Source: an uncultured Acidobacteriota bacterium (lineage in GTDB: Bacteria; Acidobacteriota; JAQAZP01). From it: a stretch of DNA of 64,000 bases. Shown piece by piece: positions 39,646 through 50,297 of this stretch. The notes beneath the pieces were generated by a model. The model saw nothing but the letters and a program-made list of their open reading frames with translations. It did no database searches and had not been told where the DNA came from. Each line of letters opens with the position of its first letter. The first letter of the stretch is position 1. The stretch lies in NCBI GenBank assembly GCA_963836075.1, contig CAWIIB010000009.1, forward strand, positions 2,016,001 to 2,080,000, given 5' to 3'. The translations under genes and the position numbers were made by a program.

Positions 39646-39695
39646 ACTTCGCGAAATAACGAAGTGAGTATAGAGCCCCACAGTACTTCTGTCAA
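39646..39695 (-). promoter_or_regulatory. arsR promoter and operator
   Basis: TTGACA-17-TATACT (39695 to 39667) directly followed by inverted repeat ACTTCG-N8-CGAAGT (39646-39665). Confidence 0.8.
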
Positions 39696-39754
39696 CTACC
39701 AGGTGCCCGTCCCCGTTTTCTTGCGAACCCTTCCTTGACATGATCCGGGGAATA

Positions 39755-39922
39755 TGGGAACTTGGTTCCGGGTGGCCCCCTGGGGCCTGAAAAGGGAAGA
39801 CGGTGTGAATCCGTTGCGGACCCGCCGCTGTAACCCGGGACGAAAGCCGCATGCTGCCACTGCCCCAAAGGGTGGGAAGGCGCGGCCGGTAGGATGATCG
39901 GGAAGCCAGAAGACCTGCCCAC
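39755..39922 (+). ncRNA. Cobalamin riboswitch
   Basis: AAAAGGGAA-CGGTGTGAATCCG, CCCGCCGCTGTAA, GCCACTG, GGGAAGG, AGCCAGAAGACCTGCC; upstream of a TonB-dependent receptor. Confidence 0.95.
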
Positions 39923-39990
39923 GGGTACAAGTGCACTGTCCGACCCTCGAGGAGCAGGGTCGAGACCCCCGCGGCCGAGGATGAATACGG

Positions 39991-40028
39991 ATCCCCGGAC
40001 TTGACGAACCAGGTCCGGGGATTTTTTT
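39991..40028 (+). terminator. Riboswitch expression-platform terminator
   Basis: ATCCCCGGAC...GTCCGGGGAT followed by a T-run. Confidence 0.85.
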
Positions 40029-40057
40029 GTGCCTCCGCGGGGAGGAAAGGAGAAAAC

Positions 40058-42010
40058 GTGTTAAAGACCAGGGGAACGCTCGCTTTCGTTTCGATGCTCT
40101 GCCTGTTGCTGTGCGGCGGTGCCGATCCACCGGCCCGGGCCGGGGAGGCCAACGACGAGGAACCGCTGGAGCGGATCGAACTGCCCGAGCTGGTGGTCAC
40201 CGCCAACCGCCTGGATACGCCGCCGGACAAGGTGGGCAGCTCGGAGACCGTCATCACCCGCGAACAACTGGACCGGCTGCAGCAGGTGACCGTCTTCGAG
40301 GTGCTGAAAAACGTGCCGGGCCTCGACCTGTCGCGAAGCGGCGGGCCGGGCAGCCCCGCCTCGGTCTTCATCCGCGGCGCCAACTCCGGACAGACCCTGG
40401 TGCTGATCGACGGGGTGGAGGTCAACGATCCGATCTCCACCACCCGCTCGTTCAATTTCGCCGACCTGACCACTGACAACATCGAGCGGATCGAGATCGT
40501 CCGCGGGCCCCAGAGCACGCTCTACGGTTCGGACGCCATCGGCGGTGTGATCAACATCATCACCCGCCAGGGCGAGGGCCCACCCACCCTCTCACTATCA
40601 CTGGAAGGCGGCTCCTTCAACAGCTGGCGCGGCCAGCTCTGGTCCGGCGGTGGCGGCGAAAAGGTGAACTATTCCCTCGGAATGTCGCGCCAGGCCACCG
40701 AGGGCATTTCGGCCGCGGCCGAGAGCCAGGGCAACACCGAGAAGGACGGCTTCGAGAACAGTACGGTCTCGGCCCGGGTGGGTTTCACGCCCACCGGAAA
40801 CTTCGGGATAAACGTCATCGCCCGTTACGTCGATTCCACCACCGACCTGGACAACTTCGGCGGTCCGTGGGGCGACGACCCGAACCATGTGGGCGACCAG
40901 ACCCAGCTTGTCTTCAGGACCGAGGCGGAACTGACCTTGCTGGACGATCTCTACCACCAGAAGCTGGGGCTCTCGGTCACCGACATCGACCGCGAGTTCC
41001 GCAACGACTACGATGAGGCCCACTCGGCGGAGCGCAGCGAGAGCAGTTTCAAGGGGTCGATCGTCAAAATCGACTGGCAGCACAACGTTCACCTCGGAGA
41101 GGACAATACCCTGACCCTGGGCCTGGAGACCGAGGAGGAGAAGGGCGATTCCCATGTCTACTCCGAGAGCGAGTATGGGCCGTACAGCAGCGTTTTCGAG
41201 GAACAGACCGCGCGGACCAACGGCTACTACATCCAGGACAGCATCGCCGTTCTCGACCAGTGGTTCACCACCGCGGGGATCCGTCTCGACGACCACGACC
41301 GATTCGGGTCCGAAGTCACCTGGCGGCTGACCAGTGCCTGGCTCGTGCCGGACGCGGGAACCACGGTGCGGGGGTCGGTGGGCACCGGGTTCAAGGCGCC
41401 GTCCCTCTACCAGCTCTTCTCCGAGTACGGCAACGTGGACCTCCAGCCGGAGAAGAGCCTGGGCTGGGACGTGGGCCTGGAGCAGATGTTTGCCGGGGGC
41501 CGCGGGTCGGCCGGTGCCGCCTGGTTCGCCAACTCCTTTGACGACCTGCTCGATTTTGACCCGGTCAACTACGTCTACCTGAACATAGCCGAGGCGGAAT
41601 CCCGGGGCCTGGAGATTTTCGCCACCATGCAGGTGGGTGAGAACATCGACCTGGCGGGCAGCTACACCTTCACCGACACCGAGGACAGGACCACCGGCGA
41701 GGAACTGCTGCGCCGGGCCCGGCACAAGGGGGGGATCAACGCCAACTACAAGTTCCTCGAAAGGGGAAACCTCAATCTGGACCTGCTCTATATCGGCAGC
41801 CGCAAGGACAACGATTTCTCCACCTGGCCGGCATCGGTGGTGGAACTGGATCCCTATTTCCTGGCCACCCTGGCCGGCTCCTGGACGTTCGGCGATCACT
41901 TCCAGCTCCTGGGCCGGGTGGAGAACCTGCTGGACGAAGAGTATGAAACCGTGTGGGGATACGGCACCCCGGGCATCGGTGGTTACCTCGGGCTGAAGTT
42001 CAGCCTCTGA
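40058..42010 (+). CDS. btuB: TonB-dependent vitamin B12 receptor
   Basis: ELVVTANR, VFIRGANS, LVLIDG, IERIEIVRGPQSTLYGSDAIGGVINIIT, GFKAPSLYQL; under B12 riboswitch control. Confidence 0.88.
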   Translation: MLKTRGTLAFVSMLCLLLCGGADPPARAGEANDEEPLERIELPELVVTANRLDTPPDKVGSSETVITREQLDRLQQVTVFEVLKNVPGLDLSRSGGPGSPASVFIRGANSGQTLVLIDGVEVNDPISTTRSFNFADLTTDNIERIEIVRGPQSTLYGSDAIGGVINIITRQGEGPPTLSLSLEGGSFNSWRGQLWSGGGGEKVNYSLGMSRQATEGISAAAESQGNTEKDGFENSTVSARVGFTPTGNFGINVIARYVDSTTDLDNFGGPWGDDPNHVGDQTQLVFRTEAELTLLDDLYHQKLGLSVTDIDREFRNDYDEAHSAERSESSFKGSIVKIDWQHNVHLGEDNTLTLGLETEEEKGDSHVYSESEYGPYSSVFEEQTARTNGYYIQDSIAVLDQWFTTAGIRLDDHDRFGSEVTWRLTSAWLVPDAGTTVRGSVGTGFKAPSLYQLFSEYGNVDLQPEKSLGWDVGLEQMFAGGRGSAGAAWFANSFDDLLDFDPVNYVYLNIAEAESRGLEIFATMQVGENIDLAGSYTFTDTEDRTTGEELLRRARHKGGINANYKFLERGNLNLDLLYIGSRKDNDFSTWPASVVELDPYFLATLAGSWTFGDHFQLLGRVENLLDEEYETVWGYGTPGIGGYLGLKFSL

Positions 42011-42085
42011 TCGAAACACTGGTTCCTGTTTCCTTCAGAAACAGGTATATCTGCATGGTGAAAACCCCTTGCGGGGGGGAAGGCC

Positions 42086-42441
42086 ATGTGGCTGATGGAG
42101 AATTTCCACCGACTGTTCGGCGTCGCGATGGCTTTGACCGTCGCGGCGCTTTTTTCTTTCCCCGCACTTGCCGCCGACATCCGGGTCCCCGACGACCACC
42201 CCACCATCCAGGCCGCCATCGACGCCGCCTCAGCCGGCAACCGCCTCCACGGTTCGTCCCCGTCGATTCGCGATTGCGTGTTCAGTGACAACCACAGCGG
42301 CGGCGCCGGCGGCGGGATCGCCTGTCTCGCCGCCGCGCACCCGATGGGGGAGTGGGCGATCTCGGCTATCACCACGGGGCGGACTGGGCCTCGGTGTGCG
42401 ACCTGGCCCTGCTGGCCTCGGTCTTCGGGGAGATGGGCTGA
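42086..42441 (+). pseudogene. Internally deleted remnant of a secreted beta-helix (pectin lyase-like) protein
   Basis: Signal peptide plus IRVPDDHPTIQAAIDAA, a single SSPSIRDCVFSDN..GGGI coil, then out-of-frame GDLGYHH and DLALLASVFG. Confidence 0.55.
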
Positions 42442-42448
42442 AACCGGC

Positions 42449-43499
42449 TCAGGGCCTCATCGTATCCAGCAGGCCCCGTATCCGGTCCTTCTGGCTCTGG
42501 TCCTCCACCATCTCCAGGGCCTTGCCGTAATACTTCCTCGCCTGGTCGATCTTCCCCGCCGCGCGGCAGGCCTCGGCCAGGCTGTCGTAGGTGTTCCACG
42601 AATCGGGGTATTGCTCCACGTTCTTTTTGAACACCTCGATGGCCTGCGCGGTCTTGCCCTGCTGGAGGAGGGTGTAGCCGATCAGGTTGGATTCCTGTTC
42701 GTTGGCGATCTCCAGGGCCCGGTCCTGGATTTCCGCTGACTGGTCCGGGTGCCCGGCCTGTTCCAGCAGCCCGGCCTTGATCATCAGGTTGTTGGCGTTT
42801 TCCTCGATGCCGATTGAACGGTCGATCCACTGCAGGGCTTCTTCGTTGCTGATGTTGTTCTGCAGGCAATAGTTGGCGGCGTCGCGCCAGCCCCACCAGA
42901 AGAAGGCGGGCAGCGATTTGAGGTCATTGCGCAGCTTGTCCAGCACCAGTGCGTGGGTATCCGTCTCGATCCGCACCGGCACCCGCTTGCCGGCCCAGCG
43001 CAGTTCCAGCAGCGCCGAGGTCCCATCGAGGTCGGCAAAGCCGAATTCCAGCCACTCGACGAATTCACCGTCAAAGGCGGGTGCGGTAACCCGCAGGGCG
43101 TCGGCCGATTCGTCGTAGAAAAAGCTGCCCCAGGAGCGGTAGTCGTTGCTGAAAATAACGGTCCAGTCGGTTTCGGTGGGGATCATGTGCAGACCGTAGG
43201 TGCCGGCGGCAAGTTCCTGTCCCTCCACCTTCACCGGGTGGCTGAAGCTGACGGTGGTGTTTTCATTGGCTCCGGCCCGCCAGACCTGGTTGTAGGGCAC
43301 CAGGCCGCCGTAGATTGTCCGCCCCTTGACCCCCGGCCGGTGATAGCTCACCGTGACCGTGGTGATGCCGATGGTCTGGGTTATGGTTGCCGCCTGGCTC
43401 ACCTTGGGCAGACCGGTGATCTGGGCCGCCGCCGGCGCCGCCAGCAGCATTCCCGTCAGTACCCGTCAGACAGATCAGTATGCTTCCCTTAATCTTCAC
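42449..43499 (-). CDS. DUF2911 plus TPR secreted protein (apparent extra G near 43463 in the signal peptide)
   Basis: SQAATITQTIG, YHRPGVKGRTIYGGLVPY, WRAGANENT, GTYGLHMIP, TPR with NTYDSLAE. Confidence 0.88.
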
Positions 43500-43698
43500 C
43501 CTCTATTCCTCCCCCGCAGCAGTGCTGGTATGTTCGGGCTCCAGTTGATCCGCTTTTCCGTAAGTCGCTGTCGGATCAAGTATATCACGTGACCATGGAT
43601 CCTGAATCCGGGATGGTGAGATCGGAGGGACTGTATACAAGGGGGACTTGTTTCTCTATCATTGGGACACTTCTTTACCGCCATACGAGAGGAAGGGG

Positions 43699-45240
43699 AT
43701 GGCCCAGACCAAGGGGAAAAAACAGACCTGGTTCGAGAGCACCTGGGTCTCCACCACCTACTTTGCCGAAGGGCTGCCCTACATGATCATCAGGGCGCTC
43801 TCCGCCTACTATTTCACCCGCATCGGCCTGCGCGAGGCGGTGATCGGCATGGCCAATCTCTATGGCCTGGGCTGGAACCTCAAGTTTCTCTGGGCCCCTT
43901 TTATCGACATCTTTGGCAGCCGGCGGGGCTGGCTGCTCAAACTGCAGGCGATGCTGGTCATCGGCTTCCTGCTGGTCTCCCTGCTCAGCCTCTTCGGCCC
44001 GCCGATACAGCAGACCGGGGAGGACGGCGAGATGGTCCTGGTGGAGAGCCCGATGAAGGCCTCGATCAAGAGCCGAGTGCTCTCCCTGGTGGGGCAGGAG
44101 GAACTGGACCCGGTCACCGTCACCTGGGCCATCGCCATCCTCTTCTTCGTCCTCGCCCTGGTGGCCGCGACCCACGACATCGCCATCGACGGCTACTACC
44201 TCGAGGCCCTGCCGGACAAGGAGCGCCAGGCCGGCTACTCCGGCTTCCGCACCAGCGCCTGGCGGGTGGCCATCCCCTTTGCCCGCAGCTTCCTGGTCTG
44301 GATCGCCGCTGTCTCCTTCTGGTCGATGAGTTTCCTCGTCGGCGCCCTGACCCTGCTCGGCTGCTACCTCTTCCACTACTATTTCCTGCCCCGGCCGGAG
44401 TCGGACACCGGCAAGAATATCCAGGGCGCCGGCGACTTCTTCCGCACCCTGACCCGGGCCTTCGTGGTCTACACCCGGCAGCGGCGGGTCTGGATCATCA
44501 TCCCCTTCATCATCCTCTACAAGCTGCCCGACGAGATCATGTTCTCCATGAACACCACCTTCCTGATCCGCGAGCTGCGGATGAGCGACGCGCAGTACGC
44601 CTACCTCTTCACCTGGTTCGGCTTCGCCGCCAATGTGGCCGGCGCCATCTGGGCCGGCAAGCTGATCAGGAAGCACGACCTCTTCCGGGTGATCTGGCCG
44701 CTGACCCTGGTGATGTATCTGAGCAACGTGCTCTACGTCTTCCTCGCCTGGTTCCGGCCCACCGCCGACGCCGGGGCCGGCCAGCTGGCGGTGATCACCG
44801 CGGTGGCCACCTACGAGCAGCTGGCCGCCGCCTTCGGCTTCCCCATCCTGATGGTCTTCATCATGCGCACCTGCTTCCCCGAGTTCAAAGCAAGCCACTT
44901 CGCCATCGGCACGGCCATCATGTCGTTGGGCGGCACCATTTTCGGCGCATCGGGCGGGGCCATCGTCGAAGTGGGCGCGGCGATCCAGCAGGGTACGGCC
45001 AACCCCATCTCGGGGTTGAAGGGCGAGCTGCTCCACGGCATCTGCCAGCCGCTGATCTCCGCCTTCACCCGGCTGATGGACCTGGTGGGATTTGACGTGG
45101 TGGCCTACACCGACGACTCCAAGGCGCTGGGTTACGTGGCCCTCTACCTGGTCTCGGTGCTGCTGATCATTCCCGGGCTGGCCCTGATCCCCTTCATCCC
45201 CTACAAGCGGAAGGAAGAGGAGATCCGGGAGCGCCCGTGA
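43699..45240 (+). CDS. AmpG-like MFS transporter
   Basis: TYFAEGLPY, WNLKFLWAPFID, ATHDIAIDGYY, ASHFAIGTAIM. Confidence 0.85.
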   Translation: MAQTKGKKQTWFESTWVSTTYFAEGLPYMIIRALSAYYFTRIGLREAVIGMANLYGLGWNLKFLWAPFIDIFGSRRGWLLKLQAMLVIGFLLVSLLSLFGPPIQQTGEDGEMVLVESPMKASIKSRVLSLVGQEELDPVTVTWAIAILFFVLALVAATHDIAIDGYYLEALPDKERQAGYSGFRTSAWRVAIPFARSFLVWIAAVSFWSMSFLVGALTLLGCYLFHYYFLPRPESDTGKNIQGAGDFFRTLTRAFVVYTRQRRVWIIIPFIILYKLPDEIMFSMNTTFLIRELRMSDAQYAYLFTWFGFAANVAGAIWAGKLIRKHDLFRVIWPLTLVMYLSNVLYVFLAWFRPTADAGAGQLAVITAVATYEQLAAAFGFPILMVFIMRTCFPEFKASHFAIGTAIMSLGGTIFGASGGAIVEVGAAIQQGTANPISGLKGELLHGICQPLISAFTRLMDLVGFDVVAYTDDSKALGYVALYLVSVLLIIPGLALIPFIPYKRKEEEIRERP

Positions 45241-46420
45241 ACAATCCCTTCCAGAGAGTCACAGGTGATTTCCGCCGCGTTCTGCTGGCCACCCTCTTTT
45301 TCGGGCTGGCCTCGGGTGTGATCGCCGCGACCCTCAACAACTACCTCTCCGATGTCCACGGGTTTGATGCGGCGCACCGGGGCTGGCTCGAGTTTCCCCG
45401 GGAATTGCCCGGTTTTCTGATCTTTGCGGTCATCGGCCTCCTGCTGACCCGTTTGCGTGAAAGCCGGATTGCGGCGCTGGCCATGTTCTTCACCGGCCTG
45501 GGCGCCCTGGGCCTGGGCTACCTCTCGCCGGGCATGGGCTGGCTGGTGCTCTGGATCGTCATCTGGTCCCTGGGGGACCACATCATCTTTGCCGTGGAGG
45601 GGCCGCTGGGCCTCAAGCTGGCCCGGGTGGGGAGGGAGGGTCGGCGCCTGGGGCAGCTGGGCGGCGCGCGCAATCTGGGCACGATCCTCGGGGTGGTCTG
45701 CGTCTGGCTGCTGGCCCGGTTTGTCGGAGATCGCTACGACCTGTTCTACCTCATCTCCGGGGCCTGTGCCATGGCCGCCGGCGTCTTCTACTTCCGGTTG
45801 CGGCTGGGCCAGGGGGAGCCGTCCTCCCGCCGCCTGATCTACCGCCGGGAATACCACCTCTTCTATGCCATCAGCGCCCTGTTCGGCATTCGCAAGCAGA
45901 TCTTCCTGGTCTTCGGCACCTGGCTGCTGGTCTCGGTTTACGAGGTGCCGGTGTCCACCATCGCCCTGCTCTACTTCATCGCCTCGGCCCTCGGCGTCCT
46001 GTTGCGGCCCCTGCTGGGTGATGTGATCGACTGGCTGGGGGAGAGGAAGGTGCTGGCCGCCGACGAAATCATGCTGCTGGCGGTCTGCCTGGTCTACGCC
46101 TTTGCCGGCGACCTGCTGCCGGGCCCCTGGCCCCTGCGCTGCTCTACGCCGCCTACGTCCTGGACCACATCCTCTTCGCCCTGCGCGTGGCCCGCACCAC
46201 CTACCTGAAGAAGATTGCCGTCGATCCGGGCGACATCACCCCCACCATATCCCTCGGCATCACCATCGACCACCTGGTGGCGATGAGCCTGCCGGTCCTC
46301 TCCGGGATCATCTGGGAGCGCTACGGGTACCAGTGGGTCTTTCTGATGGCCGGGGCCATTGCGCTGGCCGGGTTCTTCATCTGTTTGCGGGTGCGGGTGC
46401 CCGAGCCGTCAGGGCAGTAG
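45237..46420 (+). CDS. MFS transporter (frameshift near 46137 joins track ORFs 45237 and 46187)
   Basis: LEFPRELPG; after the shift LLYAAYVLDHILFALRVARTTYLKKIA...GITIDHLVAM. Confidence 0.8.
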
Positions 46421-47284
46421 CAGGTCCCGTGCGTTTTTCCTGAAGACCCGGCGGGCCTCCTGCTCACCAAACCCCGCCCCGTCCAGCAGCCGGAGAATCT
46501 TGGGGATCTCTTCGGCGTGGCCGAACCAGGGCCAGTCGGTGCCGAAAAGGATGTGGGCGGCCCCGTGGTTACGGAGCAGGGTGATGAACTGCTCCGGCGT
46601 GAGGGTGTGGGCGGCATTGGAGGTGTCGAGGTAGAGGTTTTCCGCCGCCGGCAGGTCGCGGGCCAGCTCGTGGAAGTCGGCGGCCAGGCCGCCCATGTGG
46701 GCGCCGATGAAGTTGATCCCGGGGAAGCGGGCGGCCAGCCGGGCCAGGGTGGCCGGCCGGGTGAGAAAACGCTGGTCGGTGCCGAAGACCTTGTCGGCCA
46801 GGACAAAGGTGTCCAGCACCACCGCCGGTGTCATGCCCGCGGCCCGCCAGACGCTCTCTACCAGCTCCAGCATCCCGAAGGCTTCGCTGCCGCTGAAGTC
46901 GATGGCCTGGGAGAAGGAGCTGAATTTCAATCCCCGGGTGCCGGCTGCAACCAGCTGCTGGAGTTCCCTTTCGAGGTCCTCAAGGCCGGGGTGGGCGGTG
47001 CCCAGGGCGAACAGCGTGGAATCGTCGCCGTGCAGTTCCCGGGCCCGCCGGTTGGCTTCCGGGATCCGCTCCCGCCGGGCGGTGAAGAGCACCAGGCAGG
47101 CCTCCACTCCGGCGGACGCGGCCGAGGCGAGGAGCGACTGCGGGGTCAGCCGCCGGCGCACCTGGCCGAAGTCGAGGTGCAGGGCGTCCAGCGGATCGCG
47201 CAAACGCTCGACGCTGTCGATGACCCCGGGGGAGAAGAGGTGGCTGTGGGCGTCGATGATGCCGAAGTCCAGGTGTCGGTCCAT
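46409..47284 (-). CDS. Amidohydrolase family 2 protein
   Basis: IIDAHSH, GTAHP, GLKF, GAHMGG, LYLDTS, ILFGTDWPW. Confidence 0.9.
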   Translation of the reverse strand: MDRHLDFGIIDAHSHLFSPGVIDSVERLRDPLDALHLDFGQVRRRLTPQSLLASAASAGVEACLVLFTARRERIPEANRRARELHGDDSTLFALGTAHPGLEDLERELQQLVAAGTRGLKFSSFSQAIDFSGSEAFGMLELVESVWRAAGMTPAVVLDTFVLADKVFGTDQRFLTRPATLARLAARFPGINFIGAHMGGLAADFHELARDLPAAENLYLDTSNAAHTLTPEQFITLLRNHGAAHILFGTDWPWFGHAEEIPKILRLLDGAGFGEQEARRVFRKNARDLLLP

Positions 47285-47353
47285 CGGTCTCACGAAAAAT
47301 TAAGAACTGTATCGGCGGGCCGCGGTCCGTCGGTCGCGGCCCGCCGATTGGTG

Positions 47354-49958
47354 TCAATCCACCTGCATGTCGGCCACCGCCACGTTGGCGCCGTAGCGCA
47401 CGCTGGACGAATCAAAGGCGAAGTAGTTGATCGAACCGATGGCCTCCGCGGCGCCGCCGTCGACGTTCCAGCCGCGGACGTGGGCCGGGAAGACCTGGCC
47501 CGGCCCGGGTCCGGTGACGATCTCGTCGATACCATCGTTGTCCACGTCGCCGCAGGTGACCTTGACCCCGTACTTCAGGGTGCCGTAGGCGAAGTAGCTC
47601 ACCCCGGGTATGGAGGAGAGGGTGGACCCGTCATAGTTCCAGCCGCGCACCTGCGGGCCGTAGATGGTGCCGGGGCCGGGGCCGGTGACGATCTCGTCGA
47701 TGCCGTCACCATCGATGTCGCCGCAGGCCACGTTGGCGCCCCACTTGGGAGAGCCGTAGGCAAAGTAGCTCACACCGGGAATCGAGGTGGCCGTACCGCC
47801 GTCCACGTTCCAGCCGCGGATGTGGGGTCCGAAGACCGCGCCGGGGCCGGCGCCGGTGATGATCTCGTCGTAGCCGTCACCGTCGATGTCGCCGCAGGCC
47901 ACGTTGACGCCGTACTTCAGGGTGCCGTAGGCAAAGAAGTTGATCCCCGGGATAGCGGCGGTGGCGTATTCGTTGTCGAAGTCCCAGCCGCGGACGTGGG
48001 GACCGAACACGTCGCCGGGACCGGGGCCGGTGATGATTTCGTCATACCCGTCACCGTCCACGTCACCGCAGGCCACGTTGACCCCGAACTTCTCCACGCC
48101 GTAGGCCATCTGATCGGAGCCATAGACACCGTAGCCGTTGAGGCGGTAGGCGTAGAACTGGGGCGGGGCGGTGGGGGCCGCGCCGTAGCCGCAGACGATC
48201 TCCTCCACCCCGTCACCGTCGATGTCGCCGGTGGCCAGGGTCAACCCGTGGGTGTATTCGGGATCGTGCTCCGCCTCACAGAACATCAGCGAGGGGTCGG
48301 AGGAGAGGAAGGTGCGGAACAGCGCCCCGTTGCTCGGGGATGGCCCGGGCGCGGCCACCAGCAGCGACATGTTGGGGTCGTCCTCGGCCCAGGCCATGTA
48401 GTAGTACTGGGCCTCGGGCATGTCGTATCCGGGATTGGTGCCGCCGGCGCCGAGGTTGAGCACCACCATCACCAGCCGCGCGCACTGGTTGGCTTCGGTG
48501 ACCTCCACCAGCAGGTTGCCGGTGTCGGTGGGCACATCGTGGATCTCTCGATGTCGCAGGCACCGCCCAGTTCGTAGTACTTGATGATCAGCAGCCGCCA
48601 GTTCAACGGCGTGCTGATCCAGTCCCTCTCGCCCTCGAAGAAGATCTTCAGCGTCTGCTGGTCGGTGATCGCCTCGTCGAAACGGACGTAGTTCATGCCG
48701 TAGAACTCGGGCATCCGGGGCAGCTCCACCGGGCAGAGCGCCGGCAGGGTGGTGTGCCGCTGGCTGGCGTCGATGGTCACCCGGTTGAAATGGTCCCCGT
48801 GGGTGTAGTGGGTGTCGTCGAACTCGTTGTTGCAGAAGTAGCGCCACTCGGCGAACTCGGTGAGCAGGTCGTAGAGGTGCCAGCCGTCGCCCCGCGGCCC
48901 GCCCGGCTCATACTGCTCGGCGATCTCGGATGATGGCGTCGAAGTAGTTGGTCTGGTTGGAGCCCGGGTTGTCCAGGGCGGCGATCCAGATGTCGCGGAT
49001 GATCTCGGGCTCCCAGCTGTTGAGCCGGTCGGCCAGATACTCGGGCCAGATAAACCCGCCGTACTGGAAGAGGCCGCGAGCTGTCGAACCAGCAGATCGC
49101 CTGCTGCGGCTCGCGCTGGCAGTACCAGGCGTATGCCCAGGCGTCGTTGGCGTACTCGAAGTAGACGTGGGGCTCGACCCAGGTGGCGCAGTTCTCGTAG
49201 AAGGTGGCGCTGGTCTCGTAGGCCATGGCCATCTGGCAGGCGTGGTTGAACTCGTGGCTGCCGGTGGTGCTGATCTGTGCGTCGGAGCTCAGGCCGCGGC
49301 TGTGCACGATGTGCGAAGTTCGGTCGTCCCACCAGGTGTCGGTGACCTGCTGCCCGGGGCTGGTGTAGCCGAGGACTCCGGTGCCGGTGGAACTGAGGTA
49401 GACGTCGTAGTCGTCGCTGCCGTCCACGCCGTAGTCGCCGGGCGGCTCGTAGAAGCCGATCTCGCCGCACTCCCGGGCCCAGGAGAACTCGTAGACCTCC
49501 AGGGTTTTCTGCGCCCGCTCCAGCTGGTCCGCGGTCTCGTAGTGCACCCGGAGCGGAATGACGCTCGATTCCAGGGTGAAGCTGTAATCGGGCCGGCCGC
49601 CAAGAATGGTGAGCCGGTCGGGCAGGCCGATACCGGCCAGGATGGCCAGGTCCTCTTTCTCCAGCTTGTCAAAGTTGCGGTCGATCTCCAGCAGCAGCGG
49701 TGTCCCGCAGCGCACGGTGACGTCGAGGGCGGACTGGTATTTTTCGGGGAGCAGGTCGCACTTTTTGAACCAGGTGATCTTCAGCCGCAACGACTCGCTG
49801 TAGTCGATCAGGCCTTCCTGGAGATCTTTCTCGATCAACTGGGGCACGTTCAGCCGGGGCGCCGGGCCGGATTCGCCGGCCTGGGCCTGGATCCCCACCG
49901 GGACCAGGAGCATGGCTGCCAGCAGAACGGGCAGCAGTGTAGCTGTTCTTCTCATCAT
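47354..49958 (-). CDS. Secreted HEXXH metallopeptidase with C-terminal FG-GAP-like module (three frameshifts near 49077, 48929 and 48547)
   Basis: Signal peptide; propeptide-like RCGT; HEFNHACQ...FYENCATWVE; frame-joined LFQYGGFIWPEYL; FG-GAP-like repeats. Confidence 0.7.
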
Positions 49959-50166
49959 TCCCCCCTCTTTGCGGTTTTCGACCGTGACGGAATCCGGCCT
50001 CCCGGAGTCCACCTGCAAACTCAATATTTATAATGGAATGGACAGTGTCAGGCAGGAGCGCCAGCGTTCCGGTAGATCCGGTTTACTCACCCACCGGGAC
50101 GCCGGGATCGGCTCGCCCCGGATGTCACAGGTGGTCACTCTAACGCAAATTTCAGGGAATTCATAG

Positions 50167-50197
50167 AAAAAGCGGGCCGGCGTTGCCGCCGGCCCGC
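50167..50197 (-). terminator. Intrinsic terminator
   Basis: Minus strand GCGGGCCGGCG-GCAA-CGCCGGCCCGC-TTTTT. Confidence 0.8.
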
Positions 50198-50297
50198 GTC
50201 ATGTGCGATCGCATAGCCGGTAAATGGCGCATTCCCGCCGCCCGCCGCCGTCTCCTCCATACATGGTGGACGGCGAAGGGGATGCGCCCCCGAGAGG

